Assembly (NCBI GenBank): GCA_051294375.1
Contig: CM119263.1
Location: forward strand, 17,880,628-17,944,627
Direction: 5' to 3'
DNA from: Paraspadella gotoi
Lineage: Eukaryota; Animalia; Chaetognatha
DNA length: 64,000 bases
Under the pieces are notes generated by a model, which did no database searches, was not told the DNA's origin, and saw only the letters and a program-made list of their open reading frames with translations. The position numbers were made by a program, and so were the translations under genes. Positions 1-14,045 of this stretch are shown one piece after another. Position 1 is the stretch's first letter. The number at the start of each line of letters is the position of its first letter.

Positions 1-289
1 CAGAGATTTTTTTTTAAAACAAACTTCAAAGAAGAACCTAAATCGTTTGTCGTTTCATCTTTACAATTCCGTTCAAATGTCTTTCCCTCATCACTTAATC
101 ATCAATTTTCTACCCAATATCCGCCAAAATTCTACTACCCTCCCCCCTGTCCCTTTTTCTACCTCCCCCTATCCCATCTAACCCCTTAAGCTCTCCCTCC
201 TCCACCGCGGACCGTCTCGCGGTTTCGGCGGACAGGTTGTTCTCCCCTTAAACAAAAATTCTTCGCTCATTAATAGAATCCTCAATTTT

Positions 290-575
290 ATTATCGGCCT
301 CCTCCTTCCCCTCTTCTTCTTCCTCCTTCTCCTTCCCCCTTCTTCTTCTTCCTCTTTCTCCTTCCCCTTTCTTCTCTTCTTCCTCCTTCCCCTCTTCTTC
401 TTCTTCCTCCTTTCTCCTTCCCCTGTTCCTTTCTTTCCTCCTTTCTCCTTCTTCTCTCTTCTCTCTTCTTCCTCCTTTCTCCTTCCCCCTCTTCTTCTTC
501 TTCCTCTTCTCTCTTCCCCCTCTTCTTCTTCTTCCTCCTCTTCCTTCTCCCAGTTACTCCTCCCTTCTCCTCCCC
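290..575. repeat. Pyrimidine-rich (CTT/CCT) low-complexity tract
   Basis: Nearly pure C/T tract. The R/K/E-rich ORF 178..726 is a by-product of it. Confidence 0.85.
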
Positions 576-1439
576 AATTAGGGCGACTGACGCCCATTTT
601 ACAGTGTTGGTCGTCGCGCAAACTTACCTGTGACCAAGACGGCGACGAAATAAAGGACGATGTCGTCGACGAGGAGACGAGAATGAAGACGAAGACCGAG
701 AGAAAAAGATAAGTCGACGACGACACGACGACGACGACGACGACGACGACGATCTTAAATTACGCTTCAATAAAATGAATCTTTCGAAATATTAAAAAAA
801 AAAAAATTAATTAAAGTAAAGGTACTCGGGGCCTCAATTTTTTTTTTTCGTACTGGAGATGGAATCGTATCTGATTTATTGAAAAAAAAAAAACCCCGAA
901 TGATTGTATGCGTTTGATTTTGTCTATATTTACTNNNNNNNNNNNNNNNNNNNNNNNNNATATTTACTTTCAGAATCATATTATATACATATTATACGAC
1001 TTAACGTGTGAAAGTTAAGCCAAAAAATACACTAGAAAAACCGACTACGAATTGGTTTTTATTAATAAAACCATCACTATCGCTATCAAAAAACCCCTAA
1101 AGGATCCAATTTGCGTTTTATCTGTCAGATCTCCGTGGGAGAGAAAATTGTTGATACCGGAGCAGACAGAATTCTTGGCGCCCCGGGTACGAAAGTCTTA
1201 TGCGGTTTCTATGGGAGGAGGAAGAGCAGACAAGAATGAAGAGGATGTTCGGGCAGCAATGGTATCTTACGACAGGAGGAAGAGCGAGAGATGGAAGAGG
1301 AAACAAATTGTATCTGTCAGGGGGACAAACTTTAAACTTAACTTACTACTAGGTTTTGTGCCAAATTCATTTTTTTTAAATGTTGATAATTAATTTAAAA
1401 TTGATAAAATCAACTACCGATTTTTGCCTGAGAATGAGA

Positions 1440-1588
1440 AGAATGAAACTTTAGCCGAAATTTATTTATTTTAAAAGGAGAAAAAGATTTCCTATGATTA
1501 AAATTTTCCCGGAGGGATTGAATATATATGATTTTCAGCAAAAAGTGAAAACTGTTAAATTTGTAAAAACAAAAAATAGTAAAGAAAA

Positions 1589-1620
<32 letters not shown>

Positions 1621-3999
1621 AGGGAAGAACTAGGAAAAAACAACGAAAGATAAAAGAAAAAAAAGGGGAAGAGAAGGGGAGGGAGAAAGAGAGAGGAGAA
1701 GAGAGGGACGAGATGGTGAGAGAGAGAGAGAGAGAGGAGAGAGGTGAGAGAGTAGAGAGAGAGATGGCAGAGACGAGCCCGTGCGACACGTTGCTGGAAG
1801 CGAAGCGCCACCATCGATCCGACCGCCGAGCGGCACGTGGATTTCGTTCGTTGCTCTTCACCGTCGCTGGCGGCGGCGCGGCATGCGTCGACGGCAGCGG
1901 CCCCGGCAGCGGCGGCGGCTTCAATTAAACAGGAGACCCGACGTTTGAGACGAAATCGCAGCCGAGAAGAGAAATCGGAGGAAAGATAAAAAGTGAGAGA
2001 TGAAAGAAGAAGAAAAAAAGATCGGAGAGAGAAAAAAGAAAATAAACGATAGAAAGAGTGGGAAAAGTGAAATGATAACCGAGGAAAAAATAAAACATAA
2101 TAACAATTACATAANNNNNNNNNNTATTGGTTGTACCAATTTCATAATCGTTAAAGGTTTTTAGATTAACTGGAAGAAACTTGGAGTTTGACCAGATGAA
2201 GATGACGACGATGACGGTGAAGATAACGACGGTGACAATGACGACGACGACGACGACGATGGCGACTCCTTTATGCGATNNNNNNNNNNNNNNNNNNNNN
2301 NNNNGAATACACGCTGCCAGACGCCAAGTCGAATTTGTGATTGAGCCTGATCCGGATAAGTTCTTTAGAATTTTATTTATTTTAAAAGGAGAAAAATTCC
2401 CTATGATTTAAAATTTTCCCGGAGGGATGAAAGTATTATTGATTTTCTAGCAAAAAAGGAAACTTGTTTAATTTGTTAAAAACTAAAATGAGTAAAGGAA
2501 ATAAGAAAAGAAGAAGATGAAAGAACAAGAAAGACAAGAAAGAGAAGAAAAGCAAACAATAAGAAAAGAAAGAAAATGAAAGAAGAAAGAAGGAAGTGAA
2601 GAATAGGAAAAAACGAAAGATAAAGAAAAAAATAAAAGGGGAAGGAAGGGGAGGGAGAGAGAGAGGAGAAAGAGAGGAGAGAGATGGAATGAAGAGAGAG
2701 AGATGAAGAGAGAGGAGAGAGAGAGAGAAGAGAGAGCAGAGACGATCCGGTGCCGACACGTCTTGTGAAAGCCGAAGCGCACCATCGAGATCGAACGCCT
2801 CAGCGCGCACGATGATTCGTCGTCGCTCTTCACCGTCTGCTGGCGGCGGCGGCGGCGGCGTCGACGGCAGCGCCGCGCCGGCCCCGGCAGCGCGGCCGGC
2901 TTCAATTAAACAGGAGACCCCGACGTGTTTGAGACGAAACGAGCGAGAAAGAGAAATTCGGTAGGAAAGATAAAAAGTGAGAGATGAAAGATAGAAGAAA
3001 AATAAATCGGAGAGAAGAAAAAAAGAAAAATAAAACGATAAGAAAGAGTGTGGAAAAGTGTGATGATAAGCCGATGGAAAAAATTAAAACATAATAACCA
3101 ACTTACCAATCATTAGAACTGTTTTTTAGATTACCTTGAGAGAAACTTGAGTTTGACAGGATGAACGATGACCGACCGATGACGGTGTAGATAACGACGA
3201 CTCGGTGACAAATGACGACGCCGATCGCGACGACGACGATGGCGACTCCTTTATGCGATGACTGATGGATTTTTACCGACAGAAGATAAATAAAGAGAGA
3301 CCTGCCATCGGAATCGACGCCAAAGACACGACGACGACGACGACGACCGTGACGAGGACGACGACGACGTCACGCCAACGTCCGTATTAAAACGAATCGT
3401 CTGTGAACGGATCACCGGCCACTCTCTGGATTACACACAACATAACATATTGAAGTGAGCAATTATGGTTCGATGGCACGAGTACAATTGGAATCCTTAC
3501 CGTGTCATTTGGGTCAGATCACAAAAAGAATTAATTATTATATTCCATCCATGATTAAATTACTTTTTTTTATTCAATTTGAATTTGGATTTGATATGAA
3601 ATAACACAGAAATGAACAATAAAAACGTATTTGGATAGACAATATCTGTTAGGAATTGCGATGGAAGAAGAAGGAAAATAAATTACAATTTTTTAAAAGC
3701 TTCTCCGTCGCTGATCAGATTTGTACAAAAAAGAAATCATTGTAGTTTCTTTTTCGCTTATCAAAAATGATGAGGCCTATTGGGGAATCAAATTGCGTTT
3801 GCAAAAACTATTTAAAACATGTCCAATTGTCCATTGTTCAATGTGCATTAACATTATCACAATACAAAATGAACAACTTCTGAAAAAATTGAATATTTAA
3901 ATTTTGCGGCATGCATTTATTATTCATCGAATAGCCGCACTTTATTTGAGTAATTTCTCACGAGACATATGATATAATTAGAATGAGCTGAATGAATGA

Positions 4000-4033
<34 letters not shown>

Positions 4034-5803
4034 NNNNNNNNNNNNNNNNNNNNNNNNNGAATACACGCTGCCAGACGCCAAGTCGAATTTGTGATTGAGC
4101 CTGATCCGGATAAGTTCTTTAGAATTTTATTTATTTTAAAAGGAGGAAAAAAATTCCCTATGATTTAAAATTTTCCGGAGAGAAAGTATTATTGATTTTT
4201 CAGGCAAAAAAGTGAAATGTTTTTAATTTGTAAAAACTAAAATTAGTTAAGAGGAGAAAAGACAAAGAAGAAAGAAAGAGACAAGAAAGACAAGAAAGGA
4301 AGAAAAGAAGACAATAAGATAAAGAAAGAAAATGAAAGAAGGAAAGAAGGAAGTGAGAAACTAGGATAAAACAACGAAAGATAAAAGAAAAAATAAAAGG
4401 GGAAGGAAGGGAGGGAGAGAGAGAGAGAGAAGAGAGAGGAGAGAGAGAGAATGAAGAGAGAGAATGGAAGAGAGAGAGAGAGAGACGAGGAAGAGAGAGA
4501 GAGACATCGGTGATACGACAACGTCTAGCTGAAAGCCGAAGCGCACCATCGGAGATCGAACGCTCAGCCGCCGATGATTCGTCGTCGTCGTCCAAACGTC
4601 TGCTGGCCGCGGCGGCGGCGTCGACGCAGCGCCGGGCGCGGCCCCGGCAGCGGGCGCGGCTTCCAATTAAACAGGAGACCCCGACGGGTTTGAGACGAAA
4701 TCGACCAGAGAAAGAGAAATTTCGTGGTAGGAAAAGATAAAAAGTGAGAGATGAAAGAAGAAGGAAAAAAAAGATCGGAGAGAAGAAAAAAAGAAAAAAT
4801 AAAACGATAGAAGAAAGAGTTGTGGAAGTGTGGAAAAATTGATAACCGAGTGGAAAAAAATTATTAAAACACATAATAACCAATTACCATATCATTAGAA
4901 CTGTTTTTTAGATTACCTTGAAGAAACTTTGAGTTTGACCAGATGAACGATGACCGACCCGATGACGAATGAGATAACGCGACTCGGTGACAAATGACGA
5001 CGACGACGACGACGACGACGATGGCGACTCCTTATGCGATGATCTGATGGATTTTTACCGACAGAGATAATAAAGAGAGACCGCCATCGGAATCGAGCCA
5101 AAGACGACGACGACGCGACGACGACCGACGAGGACCGGACGACCGACGTCACGGCCCAACGTCCGTATTAAAACGAATCGTCTTGTGAGGCGGATCACCG
5201 GCCACTCTCTTTAACACAACATAACATATTGAAGTGAGCAATTATGGTTCGATGGCACGAGTACAATTGGAATCCTTACCGTGTCATTTGGGTCAGATCA
5301 CAAAAAGAATTAATTATTATATTCCATCCATGATTAAATTACTTTTTTTTATTCAATTTGAATTTGGATTTGATATGAAATAACACAGAAATGAACAATA
5401 AAAACGTATTTGGATAGACAATATCTGTTAGGAATTGCGATGGAAGAAGAAGGAAAATAAATTACAATTTTTTAAAAGCTTCTCCGTCGCTGATCAGATT
5501 TGTACAAAAAAGAAATCATTGTAGTTTCTTTTTCGCTTATCAAAAATGATGAGGCCTATTGGGGAATCAAATTGCGTTTGCAAAAACTATTTTTAAAAAC
5601 ATGTTCCAATGTTCCATTGTTCATGTGATTAACATATCACAATACAAAATGAACCAACTTCTGAAAAAAAAAATTGAATATTTAAATTTGCGGCCATGCA
5701 TTTATTATTCATCGAATGCCGCACTTTATTTGGAGTAATTTCATCACGAACATTATGATATTAATTAGATGAGCTGAATGAATGAACCGAGAGAGAGAGA
5801 GGA

Positions 5804-5837
<34 letters not shown>

Positions 5838-5900
5838 TGAAGAGAGAGAGAGAGAGATGAGAGAGAGAGAATGAGAGACGAGAGGAGAGAGAGAGAGATC
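1440..5900 (+). repeat. Three tandem copies of a ~1.7-kb block (about 1440-2279 partial, 2305-4033, 4059-5900), probably redundant assembly
   Basis: 2305 and 4059 both start gaatacacgctgccagacgccaagtcg right after 25-N gaps. About 3430-3800 and 5215-5590 are near identical, and the other differences are mostly small indels. Confidence 0.85.
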
Positions 5901-8089
5901 GGCGTCGTTTCTGCATACGCATTCTTAAGCATTCGTCTTGAAAATAAAAAAAATGAGATTCAAATTTTTGCCGCCAGATTTATTTTAAAGTGGCGCTGTC
6001 GTCGTTGTCGTCGTTTCCCTTTGCATTGTAGTCATTATCGTCGTCGTCGTCAGCATCGTCATCGTTTTTGCCTTTGTTGTCAACTCAAATTTGGTCTCTG
6101 GATTTGAGGACTGAATTTTTAATGATTTAAAACAAAAACAATTATACATAGCCCAAAGAGTACGATCGAAAAAGAATTTCTCAGTCGCATTTCGTTTTTT
6201 TATTTTTTTTAGAGTGAATGAACTTTATCACAAAACGCTATGGTTTTTTTTAGACAAATAAATATTTTTTCTCTATTAAGAATCTTAAACCGAGACGCAC
6301 CCACANNNNNNNNNNNNNNNNNNNNNNNNNGCTCCTGGCATTGTCGTCCGTAAACGCGTTACTTAATACTACTCTTCGCCTCAACGGAAAAGTAAATCCT
6401 ATTTAAAAGACTTAAATATTTTTCGATCGGTCATCGTATATATAATATCAATGCCGACAAAAAGTTGTCCTTTTTAAAAACTGTGTATCCAATCTTTATA
6501 TTTTTTTTTGTATCGAGAAATTCCAAAATACACAGGAGCGATTGGTCGAAGTACGAGATCCGATCTTTCATCCTCATCTAATTCAGAGGCGAAACTTGAA
6601 ATCCTCGAGTCCCATCTTTATGGCTATCACTCTGCAATTTCCCTCTCCCTTTTCACTTACAATCCACTTTCCAATTTCCACTTTTGTCCCACCTTTTTTT
6701 AAGAGATAATGTGTTCGCTTTTGTTTCATTCAACGTTTTTGCTGCTTATCAGATATCAAGTAAGAGATTCGTGCTCCAGAGCAGAGAAAACAGTAATGGC
6801 CGAGGTACTACTAATCCGAGGCGGTTGCACTTAAAGAGGCGAGAAAAGATTTAGATAGAGGTACTTGTGGACAATTGTTAATTGAAGTTAAAAAATACAA
6901 AACATATAATTTTTTAAATATCTTTGAGCCGTTTTTAGATCGGGTAGTGTTCCGGAAATTAAAAAAAAATATACAAATTAATTATTAAAAAATATTTCGT
7001 AAGCCGTCATATATTTTACTTTTGTTATCCGATAATAAGTAATTAATTTTATATTAATATAAAATGCCGTTAATAACCCCGTGAAAACATCTCCGAGCGA
7101 AAATCTCGTCCACGCCGAATCGCGATTCACAAAGATCCAAAGGGAAAAGATCGTCGAACGATTCCTTTTGTGATCTCCTTTATGATATCCTCTTTTGTGA
7201 TCTCATTTCATGATTTACAGTTCTCCTTTTGTGCATTTAAGGGGAGGAGGAGCAAGTCCTGTTAATTTCGTGCATAGTTATTTTGCATGGAACCCTTGTC
7301 CCCTTAACATTCATTATCCCGAAGTTAGAGCCGAGAGACTGTGACAGGTGGTAGAAAATCGAAAAAAAATTTTTGAAAAAATAAATTACACTGCACTTCT
7401 AGTTTACAGTATGATTCACTTACCATACAGTGAACAGAAGATGTTATGGACGTCAGAATCACGAATCTTTGAATGTTTAAAAATAACCTTTACGTGGTTT
7501 CCTAAGAAAAACAAGCGAAAAAAAACGAGTGGACGGATGCGAGCAGGGGGAGAGCAAAGAAGTTATATTTTAGCCAAAATGGCTGATAACTTTTACAAGG
7601 ATAATTTATTTTAGTATTTTTCCTTAAAGAAAGATAAATATTAACCCATACTTTTCCAGCAGACTGCTTTGCTTCAATGCGTTGAAATTATTAGGAGTCA
7701 CTTTTACCCTTCATTCACGTCCCTGTTCGCAGCCGACAAAGCTCTCAGCTTATAATTTAATAAATCATGGCTATTACGTCAATTTGCATTTCACGCTCCC
7801 ATGTTTTTTATTTTAATAATCAAAAACCATTGACAATATAGTGATATCTCTGTTTTCCTGGTCATTATTAACCCGAAACCAGCAGATGAGCAAAGTATAA
7901 ATTTTTTTGTAATTACCTGTGAACCCTAAAAAGTCCTAACCAAAAGAAAGACCAAAAAAGTACACTATTTAAATGTTAATTTCTTAAATATGCACCCCTA
8001 CATTACTATCAGATAGAGTCTCACGGTTACCGCCAAAACCTCCTCACTATACAATAAATAAAAGAAATTTGAATTTTATTTTTTAAACA

Positions 8090-8270
8090 AAACCAATTAC
8101 CCATTGGTTCAGATTGCCCTTAATAAAGTTGTGCTACCTTGCACATCACAACCAATGCGCAAAAAAAATAGCGTCAACGCTGAAAGGTGACGCAACGGAA
8201 ATGCGGGCGACATGAACGATCCTCGTATCTTTTCGCTCTCAGCGTCTCGCTCTCTCGCGTCAGTCAACGA
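8090..8270 (+). promoter_or_regulatory. Candidate Pol II promoter
   Basis: CCAAT 8093 and 8152, ATTGG 8103, TGACGCAA 8188, CGGAAAT 8196, Inr-like TCAGTC 8260. No downstream CDS identified. Confidence 0.35.
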
Positions 8271-8399
8271 AAAAAGAAAAAAAAAGCAACTTTAAACTAA
8301 TTTAACATCGAAGACATAAATTTTTAATTTCATTGAGTGAGAAGTGAAAAGTTGGGACGGCTTGGCGCCAGGGAGGCAGCGGGTTGGATTTGGGGTGTT

Positions 8400-8427
8400 T
8401 TGAGAGAGAGAGAAAGAGAGAGAGAGA

Positions 8428-8482
<55 letters not shown>

Positions 8483-8965
8483 CCTCAGTGACTATGATTT
8501 TGTAATCAAAACGAAGAGAGGGTAAAGAAAGGACAAAGATGTCGAAAGACAAATGGAAGAGAGAGAGAAAAAAACAGAAAATCAGAAACTAAAAAAAAAA
8601 GACGTAACCTCGGTTTTATTGTGCTGCTAAAAATAGGAAAAAAATAGAAAATTATATGAGCCTAAATGAGACATATTCAAAAAGGGCAATTTCTTTTTAA
8701 CTTTAAATCATGAATATTCTCGTTTAATGTTGACCAAAAATTATTTTTTTTGACTATGACGAAAACCTCACTATTTCTGTTGCAAACAAAAAAATTGTGA
8801 ACCGTGAGAGAGACAAAACGTTCATTCCTGAAAAGTGACACAAGTCTTGGGCTCCAGATCTGCAACTCAAGTGGAAGGCAGTCAGGGAAATGGGTTGTAA
8901 TCTCAAGCACCTACTTACACGCAATTAAGGAAAAAAGAGGGCAGAAGAGAGCATGCTGCTGCTAC

Positions 8966-9026
<61 letters not shown>

Positions 9027-9342
9027 ATTTTCCCCACTCTAATTCATACTACTATTTTCATGATAGCAAAGTAAAAAACTTTGCATTTAAACTTCCGAAA
9101 CGAATTCGGTCCGCTCACGAGCTAAGATTGTCTCACTTTCGGACTCTCTCTTTCTCTGGCTGCAGAGATAAACTACTTTTAACTTTTCCCTTGAATCTTA
9201 ATCTCTTTCGTCTTCTCTCAGTTCATTTCCGCCTCTCGGAGTGACAATGGCCTCGATTAAAAAGTGTCAAAATCATTGACTTCAATAGAGAGAGCGAGAG
9301 ATCTACACTAGAATTCGATAAAGCGCATCTTCAGAGAGAGAT

Positions 9343-9415
<73 letters not shown>
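8400..9415. repeat. Cluster of (GA)n/(CT)n microsatellites
   Basis: Runs at about 8402-8479, 8968-9025 and 9345-9414. Similar runs at 5790-5898, 18022-18114 and 31981-32053. Confidence 0.95.
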
Positions 9416-9418
<3 letters not shown>

Positions 9419-10941
9419 GGTTTTCAACTCTTCCCCATCTGCCTTCCTTCTTCCCCTTTTCTCTCCCCTCTCCAGTCTCCCCCATCTCTCTTTATTCCTC
9501 CTCCACTCTCTTCCTGCCTCTCTCTTCTCTCTTCCCCCTTTCCCCTTCTCACTGAAGTCGTGGGATGATGATCTACAGGAATTTACATCGCGTCAAACTG
9601 AGAAGATGAATTGACGAGGGAGAACGAACGAAGGAACGAATGAAAAACGAGCCGAGATTGATTGAACGAACGAAGGTTAAGAAACGAACGATGTGAGGAA
9701 GGAACGAAAGAACTAAAAAACAACAAAGTAAGGAAAGAACGAAGTGAAAGAAATAAACGAAGGAACGAAGAAACGATAAAATTAACAATTCCCTAAACCA
9801 TTGTTAACCAATGAATTTTCTTCCATCACCTCAATCTTACTCTTTTTAACAATGTCCATTTCTCTCTTCTCTTTCCCTTACACATCCTTCTCCCCCTCCC
9901 CCCCATGTCTCTCCTCCGTTCACTTTTCATTCATTTTCTTTTGTTTACAAACAAAAGTCAAGTCGATCGATTTCTCGCGTCTGAAGAAAAGACAAATTAT
10001 CCGAAAACAATTATTGTTTAATTGATTGATTGATTTAAAAAATGTTTAGATCTTTTAACTTCATTCATTGTCACAATGTCATAGAATATTGATTAGTGTT
10101 GATTGAGAAACGACTACATTTCTGATAGTTTGACCGAGACAATCATTGATTGGTTCATCTATATCACAACTAATATTGAGAGAAGCTCTAATTTACTGTA
10201 ACCTAACCTTTCGTAACTCTTATTTGGTCCAAAATCTAGAAGATGGGTGCCCGCGTCGAAAATACTTCTATTTGGGAAATATGCTCTTTTTTTTCCCCCT
10301 CCCAATTCGAAATGATCACGTCTCGAAGGAACAATGGGAGATGGGCGGAGATTCCAAATCGCTTTTCGTGATACCATTTCGGGAAAGAGGTAAAGGAGGA
10401 AGGGATGGAGGGAGGGAGGGGAGGGGAGAAGAAGGGCGGAGGAAGAGAAGGAGTTAGGGAAGGAAGGAGAGGAGGAAGGGAGGAAAGGAGAGGGTAGTGG
10501 GTATTTATAGATTTGGGGCACGAAACAAATAAATATTGCACCGAGAAAATAGGAATGGTTAGAAAAATAAAGAGAAACGACGAGAAAAGTACTTGGGCTT
10601 ATTTCATTTTAAATGTCCCAATTTCTTTTAATCAGTAGAATTTTTATATATTCGGAGTGGATATAACATACACTTTAAAGCGCTGCTTCTGACTTTCTTT
10701 CTTATCCAACGCACGAATTTATTTTTTTGGTGGGAGACGAAAAAAAAATGGAAGGAAGGGAAAATGGAAGCAGGAAATACATAATGGGAGAAGCTTGTTG
10801 TTTTTGAATTGGGTGAAGAAAGAGGAGGAGGAGGAAGAGGAAGAAGAAGAGAAAAAGGGAGAGAAGGACGGGGGGGTACAAGATGAGAGGAGTTAGAATA
10901 AGTTTGGAAGTTTGAAGAAAAAAGAGAGGAAGAGAAAAAAA

Positions 10942-12760
10942 AATCTCCAATCGACGCCGCCTTCCAAATCCTCGTCGACTGTGGCGACGAAGTCGGATCT
11001 CCACGACCACCCTGAAATCCTTCGCCCTTCCCTCCTCTCCTTCCGCCCTTCTCAGTACTCCTTCCCAGCCGATCACCCTTCCTTCCAACATTCCGCCGCC
11101 TTGACCGCCTTCCCGCCGCCTCGCCCTACCTCGATTTCCCGCCCTCACCGGCTCGACGGCCAACCGGAAAACCATCGGCAGTGGGCGTCAGCCGGCAAAT
11201 CGGCTCAGCTACGCCTCTTCCTCCGGTGCCGAGACGATTTCCGAAAGCAGTGGGGATTCGCGGGACGAATCCGGCGTTCGCGGCGGCGGAGTCGGCGATC
11301 TAGCCATCGCCTGCCGACGCGGCCTCCGCCGGTGCTGCTGGTTTTCCAGCGCCAGAAGGAAGAAACCGTTGAGATGCGACGCTCGAACTATCGTCACCGT
11401 CAGCGCCGCCACCGCCGCTACGGTAGCATCTCGCCACGACTACGCCGCGCGATACCTCGGTGAAGGACGAGAAGTAAACGGCGTCGCGTTTCCCGACGGG
11501 CAGCGGCTGAAGCAGCGGCGGCGCAGTTTAGAGCGAAGGAGGAAGACGGAACAGTTGCGACAGGTGGCGTCCAATATTACTTTGTTACACTACCATAAAC
11601 AATATGTTACACGTTGTTACACGTATTACAAATAATCTTACATGAGTAATTTCCGTTTGCAGACCGAAAACGGCCTTTCGCGTATCTCGCGCACAACTAC
11701 CGTCAGCTGCAGGAGCAGACGCGATCCGCCAAACTCAAGCATCGATCCACTGTCTTTTGCTCCGCGGCTGACTACGAGGCGTTCAGCGGCGGCGGTGCAG
11801 CGGCGTCGGCGATTTAGGGCGACGAATGTCCGCCAGCGTCGGGGCGGAATTGCACCGCAAAGTTGGCGTTGACAACGTTCTTGGTTCCGCTTCCAATCTT
11901 CGACTCAACGATCGGGTTCCGGGGAAGTCTTCGTTGGACCCTCCGCTTCTCCTGCCCCTCGACGTAAATTCGATTTCCCCCGTCATTCCAATCCCAACTC
12001 CGCTCCCCCGGCGTCGCCACGCCCACAACCGTAATCCTCCGAGGAATCTGCAAGATCCCTGTCGTCCTCAGCCGAGTGGATCCAGTCGGTTGCCCGAATT
12101 TCCAGTCGACAAGGGCGGACGTATAAACGCTAAAGGAGCGGCCAGTTTCTCATCGGAGACGATGGCAAGTCCGTCTCCGACCTTTATCTAAGGCGAAGCG
12201 GCGTCGTTCGGGCGCTGGCGTTTCGTCGCCGGAAATCCTTGTCGAAGCAAGCGGATTGTCGAAGAGACGCTCGTCGCGGCGCCGGAATCTGGACCACGAC
12301 GCCATCGGAGATTGTCGTAAACGTAGGAGAGTTTTTCATCGGCGTCGAAAAGACGAACGCGATCAGGAGATTCGATTTGAAAGAGAAAGCACAACAGGTA
12401 TCTCATAAATTTTAATAAATTTATAAACTAAGATTATATGTAAACTAGTAAAGTCATTTCGATATATGAATACGATTCAAGTGAAAAATCATTGATAATT
12501 TAAATTACCGCTTTCAGAGGAAAGTCAAATCTCCGGCGAATCAGACCGTCATCATCCCTCGTCTCCGCTTCGTTCACAAATCGACGCCGGAAACAAACTT
12601 TCCCGATTTCGTCGTCGTCTCCGTCGTCAACTCGCACGCCAAGACGGTCACAAGAAACGGGAGCCGTCTTAAGAACTATCTCTGAAAGACGAACCATAGT
12701 CCCTGCGACTCTGCAAGTCGAGTCGCTCACCAGATGCACGTGTGCGACACGTACGTTTGA
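10942..12760 (+). pseudogene. 5'-truncated, frameshifted copy of the GPR156-like C-terminal exons (probably artefactual)
   Basis: Runs from LQSTPPSKSS... to cacgtacgtttga with no TM exons. Indels break the frame that is open in 30029-31952. Confidence 0.7.
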
Positions 12761-13964
12761 TTCGGAAGCGTCCCGATAAACATGCGTTAATTTATTTCAA
12801 CCGAGTGTAAAAAAAAAAAAAGAATTAAAAAAGTTCCGGATCGTTTCTCAGTGCGAAATATACTCAGTGAGCAAACTTCATGATAGAAAATTGTTTGAAT
12901 AGTTTAAAACATTGCATGCGTAGAATTTCTACAGCGTTCTTTGACGACATAAAATAAATTTTGAATCTTGTCGTGAACTCTTATTCGTTTGTCACTTCTG
13001 TTTTAAATTTTTTTCGTGCATTTGCTGTTGCTCGTCGTTCAAGTAAGTAAAATTAATTAAATAAAAGAAAAAAAACTGCATCGAAAAACTGGTGTAAATT
13101 AAAATCGACAATTTCGCCCATTTGTATGCTTTAAATAGCCAAATAGAAAGAATATAATAAAGTATAATAATAAAGATAAAGTATAAAAAAAGATTTCTGA
13201 ATTTGTTTCGCTACTTCAATATCCGACAGTGCGTTATAATCTCTAATACTCAATTAATATAAAAAAACAAAAAGGTAGAGAAGAAATATTGATGAGAGGA
13301 ATACAAATTATGGTATGAACATTGAAATTGTATGTACATTGTAATTGATAAAAATCTTCATGCAATAAATCTCAACAAGATTAAAACATAACTCATTTGT
13401 CATCTTTTTAAAATTTGATAGATATATATAAATTATCTATATATATTAGTTTATTCCAGACAGATCCTGTTCTATTCTCATTTGTTAAATTCGCGAAGTG
13501 ACCAGGGATTTTACAATGAAATATGAGACAGAGTTACTTGCAGATTAAAGTATGTAGTTTAAAAGAATGTTTAAACCGACATTTTCAATCAAGCTTTTAA
13601 GCAAGGAATTCAATACTTAAACACGCTATTGAATTTAAAAAATTTATTTCTTTATGACGATGACAAAATTTTATTTGAAAAACTTCATTCGAGCGGCAAT
13701 TCAAGGAGATTGTCAGAAATAAATTTTGAAACAATAATGACCAAAAAAGGAAAAATTCCGAGAAAAAAAATGCAAATTTAAAAAAACATATGCTATTACT
13801 CTTACACTTCTACTTATTTCCTTCCATTTTGCTGGCTGCGCTTTTGTAGATGCAAAGCGACATCACCAAAGTCACGATCGAGGCAAAACCAAGATAAACA
13901 GAAGATCAGCCACTTTGTGTCCTTTTTCGAACCCTACAGTACAGAGAACATGATAATTAATTAA

Positions 13965-13981
13965 TTAATAATTATATAATG

Positions 13982-14029
<48 letters not shown>

Positions 14030-14045
14030 TATAATAATAATAATA
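13965..14045. repeat. (TAA)n microsatellite, also at about 21875-21940 and as (CTT)n(ATT)n at 28677-28810
   Basis: Directly visible. It lies in the intron of the candidate microprotein gene. Confidence 0.95.

Noticed and set aside
178-726. 182-aa R/K/E-rich ORF, and the many SLSLSL/RERERE/FFLSF ORFs across the window
   Set aside because: These are translations of microsatellite and purine/pyrimidine tracts with no domain or splice support.
13780-13900. Signal-peptide-like frame AITLTLLLISFHFAGCAFVDA on the plus strand of copy 1
   Set aside because: No clear in-frame ATG, and it is the antisense of the better-supported microprotein TM exon.
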